Origin: Bilabrum cf. latius
Lineage: Eukaryota
NCBI GenBank assembly: GCA_965178125.1
Contig: OZ237737.1
Location: 248,001 to 312,000, forward strand
Direction of reading: 5' to 3'
DNA: 64,000 nt
Each line of letters opens with the position of its first letter. The first letter of the stretch is position 1. Below, piece after piece: positions 1 through 10,709 of this stretch. The notes beneath the pieces are model-generated. The model did no database searches. It was not told the DNA's origin and worked only from the letters and a program-made list of their open reading frames with translations. The translations under genes were made by a program, and so were the position numbers.

Positions 1-2
1 GC

Positions 3-695
3 AGGGGCCTCGACCTCCCGCGACTCTCCCACGTCGTGAACTTCGACCCTCCCAAGACGGCAACCTCCTACGTGCACCGCGCGGGGAGGGTGGGCCGCAT
101 CGGGAGTCCAGAGGGGCTGGTGGTCTCCTTTGTGGCGGGGGAGCCAGTGCCAGGGAACAGGGGGGCCGAATTGGATGTGATGAGTGCTGCTGACGCTGCC
201 GCGGCGGGCTTGGGATCGGCAACGACGGTGACCTCGGCCGGTGGGGACGCGTCGGTCGTCGAAGAGGCAGTGGATTCGGGGGACGACATGAAGGCAGGGG
301 GAGAGGGAGAGGCTGGGCGGAATGTGGGTGGTGATGGCGGTGACGGCAGTGGGAACACTCGCGGGGGGCGGGGTGGCGGGTTGCTGGCAGTCCCCGAGCG
401 GGGGGTGCAGCTGATGGAGGTGGCGAGGGCAGTGGGTGCGAGGGGGGGCGGGTTGCGGTGGGCGGTGCTTCGAGAGAACTAGCTCGTGTACGGGGACGAC
501 CGTGTGCTGGAGCCTGAGGAGGCGCTTGGGCTGGTGCTTGGGGACGAGGAGGAGGAAAACACGGACAAAATGGGTGGAGAGGGACAGTCGTGGGGCGATG
601 CGGGAGGGTCTGCCGCTGCTAGTGTGAGCACAGCCCCTGCCTCGAGCTAGACCGCTGAAGCGAGTTTTGGTGTTGCAGCTATCGTCCGGGGCTGA
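3..695 (+). CDS. DEAD-box RNA helicase, C-terminal part (5' end outside window)
   Basis: RGLDLP (motif V) and [10 protein letters not shown] (motif VI). The frame continues through TAG 480 and TAG 648 to TGA 693-695. Confidence 0.8.
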
Positions 696-938
696 TTAAG
701 TATCGAGAGCTCAATGCGGTAGTTGATTGCGTAGTGTGTATGTGTGCATTTGGTCCAAGCCTCGCAGCAGGCGAGTGCGGTATATCAGAATCACCAAATC
801 ACACGCAACAAATAGCTAAAGCGACAAGCAATCCTTTGCAGCACTTTTCCTGATTGATCGAAGTGGTTCTGTCACTGCGGTTCTTAAAATCAGTGCATTC
901 ATATTGTTTTCTTCTACTGTTGGCCTTATTGTATTAAA

Positions 939-2655
939 ATGGCTGGCGTAGCCGGATCTGGTGACGGCGGAAAGGCAGGCGGGGGCTCCGGCTCGACGAA
1001 ATTTCCGTCTTTCGGCGCAAGCGATGACGCGGTGCTGAAGGCTTGCAAGCCCGATGCACCTGAAACATTGGGCGGCTGGGTGGAAGACACAGAGCCGGAG
1101 CACCCGAGCGTCGTGATGCATATGATCCGCTCGCTAATGCCCGGGTAGGACCTAACGCGTGTGACTATTCCATCGTGGTACTTGGAGAACCGGTCGCTTC
1201 TGGAGAAGTTTACTGACGTAATGATGCATCCAGAGATGGCACTCAAGTGAGATTGAGGACTGTTTCTAACTCAGCCTTGTATCGGTTTTGGGCGGCCAGT
1301 GTCGGGTCTCGATTGTTTTCACGGATTTATCTCTTCTACGGTAGCGCTAAGCGGGACTCGTTCCACCAAGTATTTATTTAGTATTCTTATCTAAGAATAA
1401 TTGCTATGTGGCTGGGCCCAGCGTGATAAGCGGCCATTAAATGCATTGGTCACCATCAACTGCCCTCCTCGCTTGCCATTGCCCATGCCAACTAGACAAG
1501 ACTGAGCACACGGTCCCTCCCCTCTCCGTCTTGAATGATCGTAGGGTGGTAGAGATGAAGACGCCTCACGAGCGCATGCTGCAGGTAGTCCGCTGGTTCC
1601 TTTCCGCGTGGCACTACAAGCTCAGCGGAATCAAGAAGCCGTACAACCCCATCATTGGGGAAACGTTCGCCTGCTACTGGCCGCACGAGGACGGCACCAA
1701 GACGCAGTACCTCGCGGAGCAGGTGCTGCACCGACCCCCAGTCACTGCGCTGTACATTGAAAACCGGAAGCGGGGCATCGTGTGCGACGGTTCCATCTGG
1801 ACCAAGAGCCAGTTCCAGGCCCCGCAGACCGCGGCCTCCCTGCTGGTGGGCAACGCCCGGCTGAACCTTATCAACCTGGACGAGCTGTACCACGTGACTT
1901 TCCCTAACTACTACGCGCACAACCTGCTGATGGGCACCATCCGCACCGAGGTGGGCGACAAGTCGGTCGTGATTTGCGAGAAGAGCGGACTGCGGGCCGA
2001 CCTGGAGTGGCACCAGAAGCCGATGCTCTGGGGGACCGACGAGATCGCGCGCGTAACGGTCAAGGTGAGCGAGATCAAGGGCGGCAAGGTGCTGTACGAG
2101 ATCGACGGGCACTGGGACAGCAAGTTCGAGATCACGGACGTGTCGAGCGGCAAGAAGAGCGAGTTCCTCGATGTGACCCAGCTCAAGGTCGCGCCCAAGT
2201 GGGTGGTACCCACAGAACTGCAGAACCCCTGGGAGTCTAGGCGGTTGTGGGGCAAGGTCACGGAGGCGCTGATGGTGCGACCCGAGGTGGACTGGGACGA
2301 GGTGACCCGTCGCAAGCTCAAGCTGGAGGACGAGCAGCGGGAGCTCAAGTGCCACAAGAAGGGGGACGAGTTCGAGGAGTGGCCCACCAAGTTCTTTGAC
2401 AAGATCACCGTGAGGGACCCCGACACGGGCAAGGACGTCGAGACCTGGAGGTTCCGCTTCGAGCGCGGCGACAAGTACGAGGAGGGGGAGGCGGAGATGA
2501 ACCTCGTGGCGTTGTCTCGCAGGACGATGGACTCGAGGGCGAAGCCTGGGGAGACACCCGAACTGGACGAGGATGGCAAGCCCAAGGCGAAGGGGGCTGC
2601 GAGCGGCGGTGCCAAAGCCAAGGAGGAGGAGGCCAAGCCCAAGGAGGACAAGTGA
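939..2655 (+). CDS. Oxysterol-binding protein-related (ORP/Osh) lipid transfer protein, 2 exons (939-1246, 1545-2655)
   Basis: SLMPG*DLTRVTIPSWYLENRSLLEK, KKPYNPIIGETF and EQVLHRPP motifs. GTGAGA...CGTAG intron restores the frame. In-frame TAG 1146-1148; ends TGA. Confidence 0.9.
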
Positions 2656-2823
2656 CATCGGATCTCGATAGAGATTCTCGATAGAGGTCAGGTTGGTTTA
2701 TCGGGCGAACAACACGAATTCTCGGAGTCTAGAATCTAGATTGCACGAAGACGATGCCGCCGCGAGATTGTGGATGTATTCCCTTGCGTTTTTTTTTACC
2801 CAGAGAAAAATGATGTACGCCTC

Positions 2824-5800
2824 TCACTGGCCAGCGCCACCGGACGCGGCGCCGGCGTCCTCGTCAGCTGCCCCCTTCTCCTTGGCGTCGGCCAGCCTCG
2901 AAATCTCCCTCGCGCGATCCAGCGCAGCCCTGGACTGCGGCTGCGCGCCCATCCCCACGAGCGTGGCAGCCAGTTCCTCCCTCCTCACCAGCACCTCCTC
3001 TTCCTTGACCAGGTCCTTCACCTTGACCTTGCCCTCCTCCAGCTCGCTGCTCCCGAAGAACACGAGGAACCGTCGGCCCTGCTCCAGCGCCTCTTGGAGG
3101 GCCTTGCCCAGCTTCAGGTTGGTCGCAAACTTGGTCTCCGCGCGGAACCCCTCCCTCCACAGCTGTGCGCACACCCGGAACCGCTCGGCCTCCAGCCCCT
3201 TGTCGATCGACGCCACCACGATCTCGGGGGTGTCGGAGGCGGCCGCCTCTGCAGCCATCATCTTCTGCTCCATGATGGTGAAGATCCGCTCGATCCCGAT
3301 GCTCACTCCCACGCAAGGCACCTGCTTGGCGTCGCTCCCCTGGAACATGCCCACCAGGTTGTCGTACCTGCCTCCCGCCGCGATGGAGCCCACGGCGCTG
3401 GGGGACGTCAGAACCGCCTCATAGATGACGCCCGTGTAGTAGTCTAGGCCCCTGGCCAGCGTCAGGTCAAAGGAAATGCGGTCCAGGCAGCCCATCGCGT
3501 CAAGATACTCGAACAGCAGGCCCAGCTCCTCGAGCGCCTTGCTTGCCCCGACGTGTGGCGCGAAGGTGTCGGCCGCAATCAGCTCCCGCAGCAGAGCCTT
3601 GGGCTCGCCGAAGCGGGGCTTTCCGTCCTTCATTATGATCGCCTCGATCCGGCCGGCCACCTTCGCAGGAAGGCCCTTCTCCACCGTCATCTCCTCCATG
3701 ACCGCGGACCAGGGCTCCTTGTCCAGCTTGTCGATCGCGCTGCAGATCGTGCGGAACTTGGCAGCAGGTACCCCGGCCATGTCCAGGATCCCGTCGAGCA
3801 GCCCACGGTGGTTGAGCTTGATCTTGAACCCCCCGATCGGGAGATCGCCCAGGATCTCGCAGGCGACTTTGAGCACGTCTGCGTCCGGCATCATGAGCGG
3901 GTACTCCCCGGCGACATCAAAGTCGCACTGGTAGAACTCCCTGTACCTGCCCTTCTGGATCTGGGGGTTGTCTCGCCTGTACACGCGCGCGATGTGATAC
4001 CGCTTGAGCCGGTTCACGCCGTGCTGGGCCAGGAACCGAGCGAACGGCACGGTCAGGTCGTACCGCAGTGACAGCAGCTCGCCACCCTGGTCCGCCAGAT
4101 CGTAGATCAGCTTGCCGCCCTCCTCGCCATACTTGCCCATGAGCGTGCTCCTGAGCTCGAAGACGGGCGTGTCGATCTCCACGGCCCCGTGGCGCTTGAA
4201 CACGTTCCGGATGATGGTGAAGCAGAGCTCTCTCGCAGCCATCTGCTCCGGCATGAAGTCACGTGCACCGCGAGCCACCTTGACCTTGCTGCCCGACTAG
4301 GCAAGCGACATGTACAGCTCCTCGCAGAATTGCCGCAGCGAAGGCCTCTCGATTGCATCGCCCCCGCCAGCGCCCGCCCCGCTCGCCGCCCCAGCCCCGC
4401 CCTGCGCTCTGGCCAGGCGCGCCAGTCGGTCAACAGACGTGTCCACAGCTGCGCTTGCCGCATCAGCACCCAGCACTGGCACCTTCAGGCCCTCCCCCTC
4501 CCCTTCTACTGCCGATCGGAAGCTGCCGTGCAGCAGCTCGCGCACTGCCCTTGTCCCTCGTCCCAGGCCAATGCTGGGGATAGCGGCTGCCCCTCCCGCG
4601 CCCGCACCACCGGCCAGCTTTGCTTGGGACTTCTCAAGAGCCTCCTTGTCCTTTTTCAGCTTCTTTGTCAGCTTCTTTTTCTCCTTGCCATCCTCCATGT
4701 CGGACAGCGCCGCCTCTGTATCCGCAATCTTTTTGGCCAGCCTCTCGTTGGAGGCCTTGACCTTGTCGGCCTTGCTGGCGAGCTTTGCCGCAGTGTCCTT
4801 GGCCTCCTGCTCCTCGGCGGCGCACAGCACGCCGTCGGACGCGACGAGCTCGGCTGCAAGCGCGGCGGCGCATGACGAAACGACCCCTTCCAGCGCGGCT
4901 GCCGCGATCTCGAGCTGCTGTAGGGACTCCTCTGCGGTTCCACCGCCAAGCACGCGGGCCCCCTCAGCCAGATCAGTTCCTTTTGACGATGCACCAGCGC
5001 TGGGCGCCGAAGCAGCAGACCCGCCGGTCGACACCGATGCGGCACGCACGGTGGAGGCGTCCCTCAGGGCGCTAGTGGCGTCAGTGGCCTGCGTGGCGAC
5101 CAGCAGGAGCTATGCCGCGTGGTACGGCCGCACGGACAGCGCGCTGCAGGGCTTGCGCCTCAGCTTGCCCTCGGCCTCCTTGCTCGCTGCAGCGGCTGCC
5201 GCTGACCTGGCAGCGGCTGGTGCCATGGATCCCGCCCCGTCCACTGCGGGAGCCGCAGCCGATTCCACGCGTGCAGACGCAAGGGCCGCGCGCAGACAGA
5301 CCGAGACCGGGCCGCTGATCTCGTGAGGGAACTGCACGGCAGATGGCAGCAAGCTGGAGGCAGCTGCACCAGCGCCATCGGCCGAGGGATCGGCGGATGC
5401 TGCACCTGCACCTGCTGCTGCTGCGGCCTTCCCCTTCTTTCCCTTAGCTGGAGCTGCCCTTGTCGAGGCGGAAAGGAGAAGCCTGAGCCTCTCCGCGGCT
5501 GCCTTTTGCCCGGGGTGCGGTCTCCTAACGTCGCTCCACTCGGTGTCCACAGAGGACAGCGCGTCGGCCTGAAGGGCCTCGGCGGTGAGGGCAGCGACGG
5601 CGTCGCTGTTGGCGGCCAGCTCCCGCGCGCGCCAGACCGAGTACAAGATGCGACCTGCGGCGGATCCACCACCTAGCCGAAGGATATCTAGCTCTGAGTC
5701 AGAGAAGCCAGGGCCGGCGAGTGGCGGCACGCCCTCGGCGCCGTCCCTCGCCACGGCAGCCAGCTAGAGGTCGCATGGCGTCCCCGTGGACCACCGCGGG

Positions 5801-6330
5801 GCTCTCGGGTTTTGAAGCAGAGCTGCAATCCATTCCAATGCTTCGATTCGCACTCCACTCTGGACCTGCGATCAAATTAAGCCGCGCTAGTACCAATTGA
5901 TTGGCACGCTGGAAAAGTTGCACGCGATATTGCGACGGTCGATCGCTTGAGCAGCGGCTCCATCGGGGTGCGCTGTGCTTTCCGGGTAGACAATCTTACA
6001 TGGGCAAGTTTCAGCAGGGAGCCTAGGGTAGCACTGCGTGCCTCGGGCAATCCTAGCTTTGTTCCCGCTGCATCACCAACCTTGAGTGCGCTCGATGCCG
6101 CAAAGGTGCCCTCAGGAGCAGTCACGCGGACCTGCAGAATTATAGACTGGTACACGGCATTCTCCCAGCGAATGCTACATTTACTTGCGCTTAGATTGGG
6201 AAGATATCATACAACAATGACGCACCTTTTCCATAAATCCTGCATCGAACTCCACTCGAGCTCCGTCGAGGACTATCTATAAAAGCTCTGAAAGCGCTTG
6301 CTTCTCTCCATTTAGTACTACCTTTGACAT
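2824..6330 (-). CDS. HARS: Cytosolic histidyl-tRNA synthetase with N-terminal histidine ammonia-lyase (HAL)-like domain; 3 exons (introns ~6225-6132 and ~5999-5866)
   Basis: HisRS core: GARDF, LRYDLTVPFAR, GRYREFYQCDFD, LARGLDYYTG, GGRYDNL, GIERIF. N-terminus MSKVVLNGEKQALSELL*IVLDGARVEFD, plus SGVRIE and RPHPGQ, resembles HAL. ORFs join in frame through TAG 6277, 5764, 5110 and 4297; ends TGA. Confidence 0.9.
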
Positions 6331-6481
6331 CACCAAGCAGGCAATAGTGAGCCAAAACCATAAATTGCGAAGGTGGCGGAGGCGCCGCGCATTTCATTGC
6401 GCGAGCGGAACCTTGTACCGGTCCGTTGGCGCGCGAAGTGCAAGTGGAGCCACGCACATCAACTGTTCGCAACTAGCCAAA

Positions 6482-7147
6482 ATGTACACCCGTGATGAGC
6501 TTGAAACTATGAAGCGCAAAGAAATACAAGCCATTGCCAAGCAGAATGGAGTGAAGGCAAACATGAAAACGGCACTCATCATCGATGCACTCGTGGATGC
6601 CTTCGCTGGTGCCGCTGAGGAGGGTGATGCGCCTTCAGAGCCAGCAGCCGCCCCAGCCACCAGTGAAGCAGAAACTGTGGAGCAGAATTCTAGTGATGCA
6701 GATGCAGATGCCACTGACGCAGAAGCAGCTATCGGGGCGGACGAGTCCGAGGCAGTCGCCGAAGAGTCCGCCGACGCTGCAGCATCGGATGCGGCTGGAA
6801 ACTCACCAAATTAGGAAGCCGACATTGAACAACCAGCGGATATCCCCTCTGAATCGCCGGCTTCGCCTGCCTCTGCCTCTGTGGGCTCCAAGCGGAGCAG
6901 GGAGGAAGCCGACCTGCCAGCTGAGGCCAGCGCACAGGCTAGCAGCGAGTCCGAGGCCGGAGCCGAGGCCGGAGCCGAACCAATGGAGGAGGAGGAAGAA
7001 GAAGAGGCAGAGCAGTAGATTAAGGAAGATGTAGAGGACGAGTATGCCAAGCAGCCCACGATGGATGCAGGCGAGGAGCCAAGCGATGCGGGCGCAGACG
7101 AGGGAGAAGAAGCTGCCAGTGCCAGTGGGGGAGAGAGTGCGCAAATG

Positions 7148-7194
<47 letters not shown>

Positions 7195-7482
7195 GGATGA
7201 GGGCGAGGACATTGAGCTGCAGGTTGCGATGGAGCCTGCCACCGATGACAGTGGCGAGGCCGTGGGTGAGGGTGAGGGGCCCACCTACGCTGCTGATGGC
7301 GCTGAGCAGCCTGAGGAGGATCAGGAGCAGGAGGTGGAGAAGGAAGCAGCAGCCCATGCGGACGCAACCGGCGAAGCACCCGCTGCTGCTGCTGCTCCGA
7401 TCGCCAGTGAGGCATCTGAGGCTCCCGTTTCCAAGGCAGCCCGCACCGAGGCCGTGGCCTCCCCGGCATAGGCCAGGGCTGT

Positions 7483-7515
<33 letters not shown>

Positions 7516-8200
7516 AGAGGAGGAGAAAGAAACGGCCAAGCCAGAGCCCAAGCGCACCAAGCCTGCCACCGTGCAGGCGACGCCCATGGACGGAACCAAG
7601 AGCTTCACCCAGCGAGGTTCCGCAAAGCCCCGAAACAGCGCGGCGCCGAGCACAGGCCGGGCCAGCGTGATCAGCAGCAGGCAGGCAGCGGCCTGTGCCA
7701 GGCTCATGGCAGGGAGCAGCGTCGCAGCCCGCAAGACCCTCAACACCGGCACCTCTAGCACCAGCGCCAGCGCCAACAAGAGGCGCGCGATGCACCACGG
7801 GCACGGGCATGGCTCGGCCTCCAGGGCTGGGGCCTCGTCCTCCATGGCCGGCGCCGCGCGCGGTTCCGCACGCAGCAGCCAGAAGGGCAAGGGCAAGGGC
7901 GTGCCAGGGTACAAGAAGTTCGACCTGGCAGCCAGCCTCAAGCGCAAGCCCACCTGGCAGATGAAGAAGGGCAAGATCAGGGCAGAGGCGGAGGCGGAGG
8001 CTGCCGCCGGGGCCATGGGGGCCGCAGGCGCGGAGCGTCCCAAGATTGGGCAGCTCAAGAGCCGGAAGCCGCTCGGGGCCCGAGCGAGCAACATGCCGTC
8101 TTCGGCCGGCGGCAAGGCTTCGGCAGCCTCTTCGTCTTCGTCCTCGTCCTCGTCCTCCGTGTCCAGCAGCGCGGCTGCGATGGCCAGCGCGCTGCTGTGA
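6482..8200 (+). CDS. NuSAP-like protein (SAP-like N-terminus, acidic middle, basic C-terminal microtubule-binding motif)
   Basis: MKRKEIQAIAKQNGVKANMK resembles the NuSAP N-terminus; KFDLAASLKRKPTWQMKKGKI resembles NuSAP FDLKASLSRPLNYEPHKGKL. One frame through TAG 6812, 7016 and 7469; ends TGA. Confidence 0.65.
7148..7200 (+). repeat. (GATGAC)n coding microsatellite, poly-Asp
   Basis: Tandem hexamer visible in the sequence. Confidence 0.9.
7484..7513 (+). repeat. (CAG)n poly-Gln tract in the NuSAP-like gene
   Basis: Tandem CAG run. Confidence 0.9.
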
Positions 8201-8620
8201 TCCGGCGTGCAGCATGATCAATGTAGCATGCGGCTAGGGAGTCGGATCAGACCATTTGGCTTTCAAAGCAAGCATGAAGTCGTCAAATCTCCGGTGAGTT
8301 GAAAATCCATGCTTTGAATGATGTCTTTCAGATAAAATTTTAGCTACTGCACTACATTCTTGTCGACACGATATGTACTGAGTTTAGACTCGTAGTCAAC
8401 CCACGCTCGCTGATACTTGGTTTGGGAAGTGCGCGACTTGCAGTTGCACTTGTGAGAGCTGCGATCGGATCCGCAGCGCGTCAAGACAGTCCATTGCATT
8501 TTCGAAGCTTGCAGCAGTAAGAAGCGTTACAATTTGCCTTTGTATTCATATGAATCGCGTTAGATGTATTCAAATTGCGCTTTGGCAAGCCTTCCCTTCC
8601 TTCGCAGATCTCAATTGCGT

Positions 8621-10493
8621 ATGCAGAATATGCAAACGGTCTCTGGACTTGTGCTAGCCAGTCTTGCGTCCACATCGTCGGCTGTAAACACCACTATCGT
8701 TGATTTTACCGGGCCGTAGAATGTAGCAAAGTCTGCTCCGGCGGAATGTGCACCCGGGGTGCCTGCCTATCAGACCCTCATCATGAACACCGACTTCGAG
8801 CCAGAAGATGTCGGCCTTAGCATGGCTGGGATCCCAGCGTTCACGACCCAAGCAGGAGGTTGCGGGTATTCTGGCGTTGATTCTGCAGGAGGCAGCGATT
8901 GGCTGCATGGTCAGGACTACGGGATCCACCCGGCTGCCTTCGGTGAAGGCACGGCTCGTGTGCCATTCGAGCAAAAGAATGGTGGCATCCCGTAGAATCT
9001 AACGGGGGGACTTCCAGCACATGTAAAGCAGCTCAATGAGGCTATCGAAAAGACCCTCCCAATGGATTTCGATGGCATCATCTCCCTCGACTACGAGGGG
9101 TGGCAGCCAGTAGTGAGCCAACGGCCCCTCGAGACCTCCTGTCGCCCGATAGCACAATACACCGAATGGCCGCCTGAATACTCGATATCATTCGCACAAG
9201 AGTCGTACCCCGGGCAGAGGTTGTCATAAGCCTCGTTGGCCGGTCTATTGCTGGCAGCACCTGCTCGCTCCTGCACCCTCCCCACACCTATCCCAACCGC
9301 AGTGGGACAACTTTCTGTTCGGGGGCTACAAGAACTTCTCCATGCAGCTCGTCCTGGAGCAGCACCCGGAGTGGTCCTCCAACATGACCCACGTGGAGGA
9401 GGTGGCCGCCCAGCAGTTCGAGTCGGCGGGCAAGGAATTCTATCTGACCACGATCGACACCATCAAGAAGGCTCGGCCCAAAGCAAAGGTCGCCTTCTAT
9501 TCCACGCCGTTTAAGGGATGGCACAGCTATTTCGATCCCGTGAGGCTGCTTCCGGGCTAACGCTGCCATCAGCTCCGTTTCACACTGTCGCAGTCAAAGC
9601 ACTCCTTCGGCAGATTTTGCCTCATTTTCCCTTCCTTCTTTGCTTCCGAGTCGCAGGAGTACACCGCTAGTCAGGAGGCCCACAACAACGCGCTGCAGTG
9701 GCTCTGGAACGCCGTTGACGCGCTCTCCCCCGAGCTCTACCTTAACACCAGGCCACCGAGCAAGTTCACTCCCAACAACATCTCCTTTGCGCGGGCCATG
9801 ATGGGCGAGTCCCAGAGACTTGTGGACCAGACCTTCAACCAAACGGGCAAGAAGATCGGCATCGTGCCGTTCAGCTGGATGCGGGCTGGAGGGCACGCGT
9901 GGCTGCCCATTGAGGACCTGGAGGCAGACTTCCTCGTACCATTCGAGTACCCGGCGTGCTGGGGCGTCCTCGTGTGGGGCGACCCTGCCGTGGGCGACGT
10001 GGGTATGCCCGCCCTGCAGTCATACTACCAGAAGACCTTCAGGCCATGGGCGCTCAAGACTATGAAGTAGAGGTGTGATTGCCAGGCCACCAAGTGCAGC
10101 AACCACGGTCGCTGCGTGTTCAATGACACCGCGTGTGCCTGCGCTGAGGGGTGGACGGGAGACGATTGCTCCAAAAAGGCTAGCGCCCTTGGTGAGGTGA
10201 ACCCCGCCCCAGCCCTACGGGGCGCTTCTCAGCCGGCGGGTCCTGCCACGTACCAGGCGCTGGCCGATACCTACGCTCCACGGGAACCCCCAGCAGGCTC
10301 TGTGACATGCCCGGACGGCGTTGCCTACTGTCCCGCCGGAAATACCTGCGGACAGCTCACCACTGGCATGTGGGCTTGCTGCCCGCTACCAGATGCGGTG
10401 AACTGCGGGACGCACACCGGGTGCTGCCCCAAAGGCACCCTATGCGACAACGAAAACAATGTGTGCTACGACCCCGATGATGCGGCCGCTTGA
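8621..10493 (+). CDS. Secreted GH56 hyaluronidase-like glycoside hydrolase with EGF-like and granulin domains; introns ~9113-9302 and ~9540-9656
   Basis: Signal-peptide-like start; NGGIP*N, catalytic-type GIISLDYEGWQP, NALQWLWNAVDALSPELY; CSNHGRC...CACAEGWTGDDC (EGF); CPAGNTC...CCPLPDAVNC...CCPKGTLC (granulin). TAG 8717, 8993, 10068; ends TGA. Confidence 0.8.
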
Positions 10494-10709
10494 GTGTGCC
10501 TTGAGCCGCTTGACCATAGAGTGACGGTGGCAACAGGCGGCGAGGTAGTGTAACATGGTGATGATAAACTTGCAGCGTTCTTGTATTTGCAATCACGCGC
10601 GCGGATCCACCTGGACTGTTCTATGCCGGAGGGCATCGCTGCCGTCCTACGCATTTCAGTGTGTCACTACGTAGCCGCTACATTAACCCCTTGAGCCCCT
10701 ACAACCTCA

